A DNA stretch of 59,045 nucleotides from Acidimicrobiales bacterium (GCA_047971245.1 JBKDZN010000249.1:1-59045), one strand, 5' to 3'. Shown: positions 48,496 through 57,184, counted from the first letter of the stretch. Notes: generated from the sequence alone by a model not told the origin. A program made the numbers and translations.

Positions 48496-48532
48496 CGACC
48501 CGGGCCGGATCCGACGGGTCCGGCCCGGGTCG
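48496..48532. terminator. Long GC-rich hairpin between convergent genes (likely bidirectional terminator)
   Basis: CGACCCGGGCCGGATCC-GAC-GGGTCCGGCCCGGGTCG, 17-bp stem including one G:U pair. Confidence 0.7.
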
Positions 48533-48562
48533 ACAGTCAGGATCGGCCGGAACGGCCCGGCG

Positions 48563-49471
48563 TCACTTGTTCAATGACCTGACCACCCGTCGCACGAGGG
48601 AGTCGGTGCGGGCGGCATCGTAGTTGCCGTTGATGGGGGTGATGGTGATGTGGTTGGCGGCCAACGCCTCGGTGTCGGAATCGGCGACGGTCTCGGGCTT
48701 CAGACCGAGGACGATCTCGAAATCGGTCGACTCACCGACGCCCGGGATCGCCCCCTCGTAGCTGCCGTCCAGGAAACCGGTTCCGGTGTTGACCAGGACC
48801 GCATCACCGACCGTCTCCTCCTCGTCGAGCAGGGGGTAGTTGACGTTCAGGCCCAGCCCCTCGGGCAGGAGCGCCCCACCGCGTGACCGGTCGTCCAGCT
48901 CCTCCACCAGCTCGACGGTGAACTCGGCCGTGGCCTCGAAGGCGGGTTCACCGGTGGCGCCACCCAGTGGCACCTCGGTGCTCACCGCGATGGCCGGTAC
49001 CCCCTCGTTGATCGCGGTGGCCGCCGCGGCAACGGTGCCCGAGTGGATCTCGGCCGCAGCGATGTTCTGGCCGATGTTGGTCCCTGAGACGACCAGGTCG
49101 GGTGGGTCCTCGGCGTACAGGGTGGACAGGCCGAACTCGGTGGCGTCGGCCGGGGTGCCCTCCACCGCGAACTTGCCCTCCTCCGGTTGGGACACGACCA
49201 GCGGACCGGTGAGGGTGACCCGGCCGCCCATACCGCTCTGGTTGCCGGCCGGAGCCACCATGGTGACGTCGTAGCCCGCAGCCACCAGGGCGTCGTACAC
49301 CGCGTTGATACCTTCGGCCTGCCAGCCGTCGTCGTTGGTGATCATGATGCGCAGCGGCTCGTCGGGGCTGTCGTTCCCGGCCGATGCGACACCGCCGCTC
49401 AGGGCGACACCGGCGGTGAGCAGGCCGACACCGGCCAGCATCCGGACCGAACGGTTGGGTCGTGAGTTCAT
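48563..49471 (-). CDS. surE: Secreted SurE-family 5'/3'-nucleotidase
   Basis: Signal peptide; ITNDDG, APAGNQSG, GTPAD, VVSGTNIGQN, SGTV. Confidence 0.88.
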   Translation of the reverse strand: MNSRPNRSVRMLAGVGLLTAGVALSGGVASAGNDSPDEPLRIMITNDDGWQAEGINAVYDALVAAGYDVTMVAPAGNQSGMGGRVTLTGPLVVSQPEEGKFAVEGTPADATEFGLSTLYAEDPPDLVVSGTNIGQNIAAAEIHSGTVAAAATAINEGVPAIAVSTEVPLGGATGEPAFEATAEFTVELVEELDDRSRGGALLPEGLGLNVNYPLLDEEETVGDAVLVNTGTGFLDGSYEGAIPGVGESTDFEIVLGLKPETVADSDTEALAANHITITPINGNYDAARTDSLVRRVVRSLNK

Positions 49472-49612
49472 GGAATCCCCTCTTTTCTTTCTCCGGAACG
49501 CGACCCCCGGCCCATGGCGGTCATCGGCCCGTCACATTCCTGGGGGTCATCGAAGTCCACGAGGCAATCGGTGTCCAGAACGGTGGTGGAGGATGGGGCC
49601 GCTCGGGCCGCC

Positions 49613-50482
49613 TCATCCGGCCCGGACTTGCCTCAGGTACTCCGACGGTGTGACGCCGAGGCAGTGACGGAAATCGCGGCTGAGGTGGGCCTGATCGGCG
49701 TAGCCGAGGCGGGCGGCCACCGTCGACCAGCCGGGCCACTCGTCACCGACGGAGGACCGGACCGCCTCGGCGGCCTCGATGATCCGCCACCGCCGGATGA
49801 CGAACGACGGGCCGGCCCCGACGTGCCGGTCGAAGTGGCGTTGCAACGACCGGACGCTGACCCCGGCCCGGTCGGCCAGATGCTCCACCCGGCAGATGGT
49901 CCGGTCGGTCTCGGCGAGGCGGGCCACGGCCACCACCCATCGGGCCTCGTCGATCAGGGCGGATGAGCGGCGGGCGACCGCGGCCTCCAAGCCCTGGCGG
50001 AGCCGCTCGACCCCGGCCGGGACAGCGGTGGTGCCGACCGCCCGGCTCGTCGAGTCGACCAGGTCGGGTTCGACCCCGGGCAGCGCCTCGCCGAGGGTGA
50101 GCTGGCGACCGGCCGCCTCACGGGCCGGCCGGTCGAGCAGGGCGCCCAGGCCGCCGACGGTCGACCGGGCGGCCACCGTCCAGCCGGATCCGGTCAAGCG
50201 GCGGTGGCTGAGCCGGTTGAGGACGCCGTACACCCGTCCCTCCGGGGGATCGAGGGGGATCCCCGAGTCGTCGACGGTTCCCACACTGATGTTGCCGGCC
50301 GGATGGTTCAGCACCTGCTGGTGGTGGACCTGGCCAGCCGGGAGGGCCCAGGAGACCGACCAGAACCACTCCACGAGACCGGTCAGGGCCGGACCCGCCG
50401 GGTACCGCCGGAACGCCACCACCTCAAACATCGCGGCCGGATCGACGATACCGCGGGTGTCATCGGGAACGGGATGGCCCAC
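49613..50482 (-). CDS. AraC-family transcriptional regulator (DUF6597-type N-terminus)
   Basis: VEWFWSVSW N-terminal domain; SVRSLQRHF..VG and LGYADQAHLSRDF HTH motifs. Confidence 0.9.
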   Translation of the reverse strand: MGHPVPDDTRGIVDPAAMFEVVAFRRYPAGPALTGLVEWFWSVSWALPAGQVHHQQVLNHPAGNISVGTVDDSGIPLDPPEGRVYGVLNRLSHRRLTGSGWTVAARSTVGGLGALLDRPAREAAGRQLTLGEALPGVEPDLVDSTSRAVGTTAVPAGVERLRQGLEAAVARRSSALIDEARWVVAVARLAETDRTICRVEHLADRAGVSVRSLQRHFDRHVGAGPSFVIRRWRIIEAAEAVRSSVGDEWPGWSTVAARLGYADQAHLSRDFRHCLGVTPSEYLRQVRAG

Positions 50483-50555
50483 CCGGGCAGGCTAGCCTCC
50501 CCGGATACCGGCCGATCCGGGCCGACACACCGTCACCGATCCGGGAAGGGATGCC

Positions 50556-51158
50556 GTGAGCCGAAACCAAGCAGGACCGCCCCGCATCCGTCCGGACCGG
50601 CGGACGGTGATCGGGCTCGGGCTCGTGGTGGCCACCGCCTTCGGGTCGGTCGCCTGCGGGTCCGGGGCCGGCGAGGGCGCAGCCGGGACCGCCGCCGGCT
50701 CGGCGTCGTCGGTGTCGGCGACCATGGCCGACGACACACCCCCGGCCGAGCGGGCGTCGAGCCCGCTGCCGACCATCGACGTCACCGATGTGACCACCGG
50801 TGAGCCGGTCGACCTGGCCGGCCTCCTCCCCGCCGACCAGCCGGTGCTGGTGTGGATGTGGGCACCGCATTGAACGATCTGCCGGGCCGAGGCGCCCGGT
50901 CTCGAGCAGTTCGCTCGGGAGCACGACGATCGGGTCAGCGTGGTCGGGTTGGGAACCCAGGACGACCTGGACGCGGCACGCGAGTTCGTGGCCGCCGGGG
51001 GGATCACGTTCACCATGCTGTGGGACGGGACGTTCGCCTCCTGGGACGCCTTGGGGATCACCGGGCAGCCAGCCGCCATCCTCTACGACGGCGACGGCAC
51101 CGTGCTCGGCCAGTGGTCGGGCCCGCTCGACGAGAGCGCCGTCCTCGATCTGCTGTAG
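50556..51158 (+). CDS. TlpA/redoxin-family lipoprotein with selenocysteine (UxxC; TGA at 50871-50873)
   Basis: ORFs 50556..50873 and 50940..51158 share a frame. Read-through gives PVLVWMWAPH-U-TICRAEAPGLEQF...VVGLGTQD...GITGQPAAILYDGDG, a full thioredoxin-like fold with cis-Pro (QP). RRTVI twin-Arg-like motif and SVAC lipobox. Confidence 0.85.
50874..50920 (+). promoter_or_regulatory. Candidate bacterial SECIS element
   Basis: Hairpin TCTCGAGC-AGTTC-GCTCGGGA (50900-50920) with a GU in the loop, loop ~34 nt after UGA. Alternative hairpin CCGGGC-CGAGGC-GCCCGG (50882-50899). Confidence 0.5.
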
Positions 51159-51167
51159 CGGCCCGGC

Positions 51168-52211
51168 TCAGGGGCGGATCAGGATCTTGACCTCGTCGGG
51201 CTGGCCGGCGAGGTCGTCGAAGGCCGCTTCGGCCTCCTCGAGGGGGCGCTCACCGGTGATCAGCCGGCCGAACCGTTCCGGTTCCTGGCTGAGGAGCCGG
51301 AGGGCGGTGGCGAAGTCGTGGTGGCGGTAGGCGAAGCTGGCGGCCAGCTTCACCTCGGTCACGGTGAGTTGGAGGGGCTCCACCTGGATGGTGTGGGGGC
51401 AGGCCCCGGCCAACACCACCTGGCTGTGGGGCGGGGCCTCGGCCACGATGGCCTGGACCACCGGGGCCCGGCCGACACATTCGAACACGGTCGACGGGTT
51501 CGGGTCTTTGTCGAGGAGGAGGGGCGAGATGGTGCTCGGGGTGTACCCGTGGGCCATCATCAGTTCGATCAGGGGCGTTCCCGGTTCGTGGACCGAGGTG
51601 GCCCCGACGGCCAGCGCCTTGTCACGTCGGCTGGGGGAGGGGTCGACGGCGATGATCGGTCCCCGCCCGGCCGATGCGTTCACCGCGATGATGCCCAACC
51701 CGATCGGGCCCGCCCCGACCACCACGATCGGGCCGTCCGGTGCGGCCATGGCGGCCGCGTGGGCGGCTACGGCCACCGGTTCGGCCAGGGCGGCCAGGCG
51801 GAGGTCGAGCCCCTCGGGCAGGACCATGGTGCGGACGGCGTCGACCGCCATCAGCTCGGCCAGGCCACCACCGTGGGTGGGGGAGAGCCCGATGGTCTCG
51901 GGACCCTCGGCCCCCATGGTGAACGGGATCGCGGTGACCAGGTCACCGGGCTTCACCGGCGCCGCCGACCCGGCCGGAACGTCCGGGCCGAGGGCGATCA
52001 CCTCGCCGGCGATCTCGTGGCCGGGGATGACCGGGGGCTGGGGTTCGTCCGGGGTGGCTGCGGCGGCGGCCAGGGACTCCTCCCGGAAGTGGAGGTCGCT
52101 CCCGCAGATACCGGTGGCGTAGGGGGCGACCAGGATCTGACCCGGTCCGGGCGTCGGTTCGGGGACGTCCTCGATGGCCATGGCCCCGGCTCGCATCACC
52201 ACTGCACGCAT
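51168..52211 (-). CDS. Zinc-binding (MDR) alcohol dehydrogenase
   Basis: GICGSDLH, GHE, VGAGPIG, FECVG; lacks the 4-Cys structural-zinc lobe. Confidence 0.9.
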   Translation of the reverse strand: MRAVVMRAGAMAIEDVPEPTPGPGQILVAPYATGICGSDLHFREESLAAAAATPDEPQPPVIPGHEIAGEVIALGPDVPAGSAAPVKPGDLVTAIPFTMGAEGPETIGLSPTHGGGLAELMAVDAVRTMVLPEGLDLRLAALAEPVAVAAHAAAMAAPDGPIVVVGAGPIGLGIIAVNASAGRGPIIAVDPSPSRRDKALAVGATSVHEPGTPLIELMMAHGYTPSTISPLLLDKDPNPSTVFECVGRAPVVQAIVAEAPPHSQVVLAGACPHTIQVEPLQLTVTEVKLAASFAYRHHDFATALRLLSQEPERFGRLITGERPLEEAEAAFDDLAGQPDEVKILIRP

Positions 52212-52333
52212 TCGGCTTCCCCTGCCTGGCCGTACCGGCCGTCGTCGTGAGGGGCCAGTATCCCGACCCGATCAACACGCCGACAAGTCACCCGGTCGGG
52301 CCGGGTCGATGCGCCGGGTACCGGGAGATCGGG

Positions 52334-52756
52334 TTACACCCCGGTCACGCCGAGCTGGGTGGTGTGCACCCGGGCCACATTGTGGGCCATGGCCCGGGCC
52401 CGCTCGGTGGCCGGGCCCGACCATCCGTCGTTGAGGGTGGCGTCGAACAGCTTCAGCCACCGTTCGAAGTGGGCCGGCCGCAAAGGCGAGACGGTGTGCA
52501 CGGCGGCGTGACGACCGAACGGGTTGCCGTGGTAGCCGTCCAGATCGAGCAGGACCCGGGCCCAGAAGGCGGTGAGCTTGGGGATGTGGACGTCCCAGTC
52601 CACCTGGGCGACGTCGTTGAAGATGGGCCCGAGGAGCTCGTCGGTGTTGACGTCGCGATAGAAGCGGCGGACCATTTCGGCGATCTGATCGACCGAGTCG
52701 AGGTCGGGTCGGTTCAGGGTGGCCGGGGGCGCGGCGAGGTCGAGAGGCGCGGCCAT
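52334..52756 (-). CDS. Group III truncated hemoglobin (trHbP)
   Basis: MVRRFY..V..DELLGPIF, DWDVHIPKLTAFW, GNPFGRH, HFERWLKLF; AGGAAAGGA RBS before ATG 52756. Confidence 0.9.
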   Translation of the reverse strand: MAAPLDLAAPPATLNRPDLDSVDQIAEMVRRFYRDVNTDELLGPIFNDVAQVDWDVHIPKLTAFWARVLLDLDGYHGNPFGRHAAVHTVSPLRPAHFERWLKLFDATLNDGWSGPATERARAMAHNVARVHTTQLGVTGV

Positions 52757-52774
52757 GATGATGTCCTTTCCTGT

Positions 52775-52974
52775 GTGTCGTTCCGCCAGACGGTGTCGTT
52801 CCGCCAGACGGTGTCGTTCCGCCAGACGGTGTCGTTCCGCCAGACGGTGTCGTTCCGCCAGATGGTGTCGTTCCGCCAGATGGTGTCGTTCCGCCAGATG
52901 GTGTCGTTCCGCCAGATGGTGTCGTTCCGCCAGATGGTGTGTCGTCCGACCGGAGGGTGTCATCCCACCGGAGG
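52775..52974. repeat. 18-bp VNTR: 4 x GTGTCGTTCCGCCAGACG + 5 x GTGTCGTTCCGCCAGATG + 2 degenerate units
   Basis: Counted directly: 9 near-perfect units at 52775-52936, degenerate units at 52939-52974; no spacers. Confidence 0.97.
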
Positions 52975-53174
52975 TTCGACCCGTGTGGTGCGGCGGCGCC
53001 GGATATGGGGGAGGGCCGTCGACTCGGTGCGACACGCAACGTTCAGGCGATGTTGCTGACGCCTGCGCGTCATTCGTTGTCCACCTCCAAGAGTAGCCAC
53101 CCCTACCGGAGCCTGCCCATCCACGCCTAGTCTTGCAGTGTGCAACTGGATGTCCGGTCGTCGGGGGAAGGGCC

Positions 53175-54044
53175 ATGACCTCGGTCGAAGACGGTCTCCC
53201 CACCGGTTCCACCCCCCGGCCCGGTTCCGGTGGCCGGTCCCCAGCCGGAACGACGCCCCGCCCGATGTCACGGCTGCGGCAGGTGGCCGTGCCCACCGAG
53301 CACGGCGGGTGGAGCCTCACCGCCGAACCGGTGATCCTCGCCCTGCTGGTGGTGCCGTCCTGGTCGGGGTTGGCGCTGGGCCTGGCGGCGGTGATGGCCT
53401 TCCTGGCCCGGACCCCGATGAAGGTGGTGCTGGTCGACCGGTGGCGGCGGCGATGGCTGGACCGGACCCGGTTGGCCGCGGTGGTGGCCGCCGTCGAGGT
53501 GGCCGTGATCGTGATCCTGGCCGTCCTCGCCGCCAGCACAGCCGTCGACGGTCGGTTCTGGCTGCCGCTGGCGGCGGCGGTCCCGTTGGTGGCGGTGGAG
53601 GCGTGGTTCGACATGCGGTCCCGGAGCCGGCGACTCGTGCCCGAGTTGGCGGGCGCGGTCGGGATCTCGTCGGTGGCGGCGGCGATCGTCGTCGCCGGGG
53701 GCGGGTCGATGACCGTCGCGGCCGGTCTGTGGGCGGTGATGGCGGCCCGCGCCACGGCGGCCATCCCCTTCGCCCGGGTCCAGGTGGCGCGGGTGCACCA
53801 CCGCCCGGTCGAGCTGTGGACCAGCGACGTGGCCCAGCTCATGGCCGTGGCCGTGGCGGTGGCGGCCTGGACGGCAGGGGCAGTGCCGTTCGCGCCCGTG
53901 GTGGTGGTCGCGGCGATCGCCGTGGTCAACACCGTCTCGGTGCGGGGCCCGGTCCGGCCCGCGGTGGTGGTCGGCGTCCAGCAGACCGTCTACGGGCTGG
54001 TCACCGTGCTGGTCACCGCGGGGGCGATGGCGCTGGGGGCTTGA
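53175..54044 (+). CDS. YwiC-like integral membrane protein
   Basis: VPTEHGGW N-terminal motif (PxxHGxW), multiple TM helices, VVVGVQQ near the C-terminus. Confidence 0.8.
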   Translation: MTSVEDGLPTGSTPRPGSGGRSPAGTTPRPMSRLRQVAVPTEHGGWSLTAEPVILALLVVPSWSGLALGLAAVMAFLARTPMKVVLVDRWRRRWLDRTRLAAVVAAVEVAVIVILAVLAASTAVDGRFWLPLAAAVPLVAVEAWFDMRSRSRRLVPELAGAVGISSVAAAIVVAGGGSMTVAAGLWAVMAARATAAIPFARVQVARVHHRPVELWTSDVAQLMAVAVAVAAWTAGAVPFAPVVVVAAIAVVNTVSVRGPVRPAVVVGVQQTVYGLVTVLVTAGAMALGA

Positions 54045-54082
54045 CGACCTGCTCCCGCCGTGCGTACCGTCGGGCCCACACG

Positions 54083-54175
54083 TCACCGGGGAGTTCGCGG
54101 CAAGCGAGCTGAGAGGACGACCATGACCGTCGTCGACCCGCCGACCTGATCTGGGTAATGCCAGCGAAGGGAGCG
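54083..54175 (+). ncRNA. TPP (thi-box) riboswitch
   Basis: GGGGAG...GCTGAGAG...GACCC..GACCTGATCTGGGTAATGCCAGCGAAGGGAG conserved core, directly upstream of thiamine-related genes. Confidence 0.95.
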
Positions 54176-54178
54176 CAC

Positions 54179-54466
54179 ATGATCGCCGAGATCCACGTTT
54201 CACCGTCACCGTCGGGCACCGAAACCAATCGGTATCAACACGTCGAAGCCGCGATCGCGGTGGTGCAGGAACGCGGTTTGGCCTACGAGGTCACCGCCCT
54301 GGGGACCACGTTCGAGGGCGACGCCGACACGGTGTGGGCCACCCTCCGGGCCGCCCACGAGGCGGTTCTGGCCTCGGGCGCCGACGGGGTCATCACCAGC
54401 ATCCGGCTGGGCGATCGGGCATCGGAACCCACCACCATGCAGGCGCTCACCGCGAAGTTCCGGTGA
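54179..54466 (+). CDS. Thiamine-binding protein (MTH1187/YkoF-like)
   Basis: AEIHVSP, GLAYEVTALGTTFEG pattern; first gene under the TPP riboswitch. Confidence 0.85.
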   Translation: MIAEIHVSPSPSGTETNRYQHVEAAIAVVQERGLAYEVTALGTTFEGDADTVWATLRAAHEAVLASGADGVITSIRLGDRASEPTTMQALTAKFR

Positions 54467-55314
54467 ACCGGCGCGTCGCGCCCGTGGCGCGGCGGTTGCT
54501 CGAACTGCTCCCGGCCATCGCCGCGCTCGTCGCCGGCGTGGTGTTGTGGGAGGTGTGGGTCCGGTGGCGCGACACCCCCAGCTACCTGCTGCCCCCACCC
54601 TCGACGATCTGGGCCGCGTTCGTCGCCGACCGTGATCTGCTGGGTGAGCACGTCCTCGCCACCCTCGGTGAGGCGATGCTCGGCCTCGCGGTGGGAGCCG
54701 TGCTCGGCGTGGCCCTGGCCGTCGTCATCGCTGGTTCGGCCCTCGCTCGTCGGGTCCTGTACCCCATCGTGGTGGCTAGCCAGACGGTTCCCATGATCAT
54801 CATGGCCCCCCTGCTGGTGTTGTGGTTCGGGTTCGGGCTCACCCCGAAGGTGATGGTGGTGGCCATGGTGACCTTCTTCCCGGTGGCCATCGCCACCGTG
54901 GGCGGCCTGACCAGCGCCGACCCGGATCTGGTCGATCTGCTTCGTTCGATGGGGGCGACGCGGGGTCAGATCCTGACCAATGTGTTGATCCCGAATGCCC
55001 TGCCCGCCCTGTTCGACGGACTCCGCATCGCCGCCGCCTACACGATCGCCGGGGCCGTCATCGCCGAATGGACCGGGGCCAGCCGCGGTCTGGGTATCTA
55101 CATCAACCGGTCGCAGGCGTCGTTCCGGGTCGACCAGGTCTTCGTCGCCGTCACCATCGTGGCCCTGCTGTCGACGGCGTTGTTCCTGATCATCGGGGGC
55201 CTCGCCCGGGCCGCTTCACCCTGGCGGTATGTGTCACCGGCCTCCGGCCGCACCTTCTCCGACCACAGCACTGTCTCCAACCAAAGATCGACCAAAGAGA
55301 AGGACTCCCAGTGA
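54463..55314 (+). CDS. ABC permease (ThiX/SsuC-like)
   Basis: YLLPPPS, QTVPMIIMAPLL, EAA-like LLRSMGATRGQI, GAVIAEW; GTGA coupling. Confidence 0.92.
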   Translation: MNRRVAPVARRLLELLPAIAALVAGVVLWEVWVRWRDTPSYLLPPPSTIWAAFVADRDLLGEHVLATLGEAMLGLAVGAVLGVALAVVIAGSALARRVLYPIVVASQTVPMIIMAPLLVLWFGFGLTPKVMVVAMVTFFPVAIATVGGLTSADPDLVDLLRSMGATRGQILTNVLIPNALPALFDGLRIAAAYTIAGAVIAEWTGASRGLGIYINRSQASFRVDQVFVAVTIVALLSTALFLIIGGLARAASPWRYVSPASGRTFSDHSTVSNQRSTKEKDSQ

Positions 55315-56381
55315 TCAACCATCGCGGCGCGGTCCGTCGCGTCACCATTGCCATCACCCTCTTCGCCCTGCTCGGTCTGGCCGCCTGCGGAGGCGATTCG
55401 ACCGACGCCTCGGCCTCCGCCTCCGGCGCCGGCGACGGCACGACGACCGGGGCGGACGACCCGGGCTCGGATGAGGGGTTGCGGCCCGTCACCCTGGTGC
55501 TCGACTGGACCCCCAACACCAACCATGGCGGCATCTACCTGGCCGACCAGGCCGGCTACTACGCGGCGGCGGGGATCGATCTGGAGATCATCCAGCCCGG
55601 CGACACCGGGTCGATCCAGGCCGTGGCCACCGGACACGCCGATTTCGGCGTGTCGGTTCAGGAGTCCCTCATCCCGGCCCAGGTGCAGGGGGTGCCGGTG
55701 GTGTCGGTGGCGGCCATCGTGCAGCACAACACCTCCAGTCTGATGGCGCTGGCCTCCTCGGGCATCACCGATCCGTCCAGCCTTCCGGGGCAGACCTACG
55801 GTGGGTTCGGCGGCCAGTTGGAGCAGGCGTTGATCGACCGGTTGGTCGAGTGTTCCGGCGGCGACCCGTCCGAGGTCGTGTACGTGGAGGTGGGCAACAC
55901 CGACTACCGGGTGGGCCTGGAGACCGATGCGTTCGACTTCGTCTGGGTGTTCGACGGGTGGGACAAGATCCGGATGGAGCAGGCCGGCGTGCCCGTGGTC
56001 ACCATCCCGTTCATCGACCATCTGGACTGCATCCCCGACTGGTACACCCCCCTGCTGATGACGAGCACCGAACTGGCCGCTGACGACCCCGAACTGGTGG
56101 CCGACTTCCTGGCGGCCACCGCCCAGGGGTACGACGAGGCCATCGCGGATCCGGCCGCGGCCGCCGACGCCCTGCTGGCCGGAGCCCCCGAGCTCGACCC
56201 GGAGCTGGTGCGGGCCAGCGCCGAGTATCTGGCCGGACAGTACGCCCTCGACGCCCCCCAGTGGGGCTATCAGGACCGGGAGGTGTGGGTCGGGTTCAGC
56301 GATTTCCTGGTGGAAGCGGGGATGATCGACGAACCCGTCGACGTGACCACGGCGTTCACCAACAAGTTCCTGCCCGGGTGA
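55311..56381 (+). CDS. ABC substrate-binding lipoprotein (ThiY/NMT1-THI5-like; HMP/thiamine precursor)
   Basis: Lipobox LAAC; LDWTPNTNHGGIYLA..GYY, PDWYTP, FTNKFL. Confidence 0.92.
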   Translation: MINHRGAVRRVTIAITLFALLGLAACGGDSTDASASASGAGDGTTTGADDPGSDEGLRPVTLVLDWTPNTNHGGIYLADQAGYYAAAGIDLEIIQPGDTGSIQAVATGHADFGVSVQESLIPAQVQGVPVVSVAAIVQHNTSSLMALASSGITDPSSLPGQTYGGFGGQLEQALIDRLVECSGGDPSEVVYVEVGNTDYRVGLETDAFDFVWVFDGWDKIRMEQAGVPVVTIPFIDHLDCIPDWYTPLLMTSTELAADDPELVADFLAATAQGYDEAIADPAAAADALLAGAPELDPELVRASAEYLAGQYALDAPQWGYQDREVWVGFSDFLVEAGMIDEPVDVTTAFTNKFLPG

Positions 56382-57184
56382 ACGCGGTCGAGGTCGCCGG
56401 GCTGAGCTACGCCTACGGCTCCACCCAGGCGGTCAGCAATGTCTCCCTGACCATCCCGACCGGGGCGTTCGTGAGCATCGTCGGCCCGTCGGGGTGCGGC
56501 AAGAGCACCCTGTTGAAGACCATGGCCGGGCTGCTGGTGCCCCAGGCGGGTTCGGTGGCGGTGGCCGGGCGGAACGTCTCGGGTCCCGGTGCCCGCCGGG
56601 GCCGGGGGCCGGCTCCGGTCGGGTACATGGCCCAGCGCGATCTCCTGTTGCCCTGGAAGCGGGCGCTCGACAATGCGTGTCTCGGGGCCCGGATCGGCGG
56701 GGCCGACCGGGCCACCGGGCGTGACCGGGCGCAGAGCCTGTTCGGCCGGTTCGGCCTGACCGGTTTCGAGCGGGCGTGGCCGTCCCAGCTCAGCGGGGGC
56801 ATGCGGCAGCGTCTGGCCCTGCTCCGGACCTATCTGACCGATGCGCCGGTGATGGCCCTCGACGAGCCCTTCGGGGCCCTCGACTCCATCACCCGACGTG
56901 ATCTGCAGGACTGGATGCAGCAGCTGTGGGTCACCGATCGGGGAGCCCGAACCGCCCTGCTCATCACCCATGACGTGGAGGAGGCGCTCTACCTGTCCGA
57001 CACGGTGTACGTGATGTCGTCCCGGCCGGGTCGCCTCGTCGGATCGGTTGCCAATACCGCGCCCCGGCCCCGTGACCCGTCGATGATCACCGAGGCCGAC
57101 TTCGTCGCCCGCAAGGCCGAACTGTTGGCCTTGCTCGACGCCGGTCGGCGCTCACCCGCGCCGGCCCAACGTCTGTGGGGGTGA
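56378..57184 (+). CDS. ABC ATP-binding protein (ThiZ/SsuB-like)
   Basis: GPSGCGKST, LSGGMRQR, LDEPFGALD, ITHDVEEA. Confidence 0.95.
   Translation: MNAVEVAGLSYAYGSTQAVSNVSLTIPTGAFVSIVGPSGCGKSTLLKTMAGLLVPQAGSVAVAGRNVSGPGARRGRGPAPVGYMAQRDLLLPWKRALDNACLGARIGGADRATGRDRAQSLFGRFGLTGFERAWPSQLSGGMRQRLALLRTYLTDAPVMALDEPFGALDSITRRDLQDWMQQLWVTDRGARTALLITHDVEEALYLSDTVYVMSSRPGRLVGSVANTAPRPRDPSMITEADFVARKAELLALLDAGRRSPAPAQRLWG

Noticed and set aside
52775-52974. CRISPR array
   Set aside because: Units are contiguous 18-mers with no unique spacers, and there are no cas genes in the window.
52334-53932. 532-aa ORF as a single large globin fusion
   Set aside because: Most of it is the antisense of the YwiC-like gene; only the C-terminal 140 aa are globin, with their own strong RBS.
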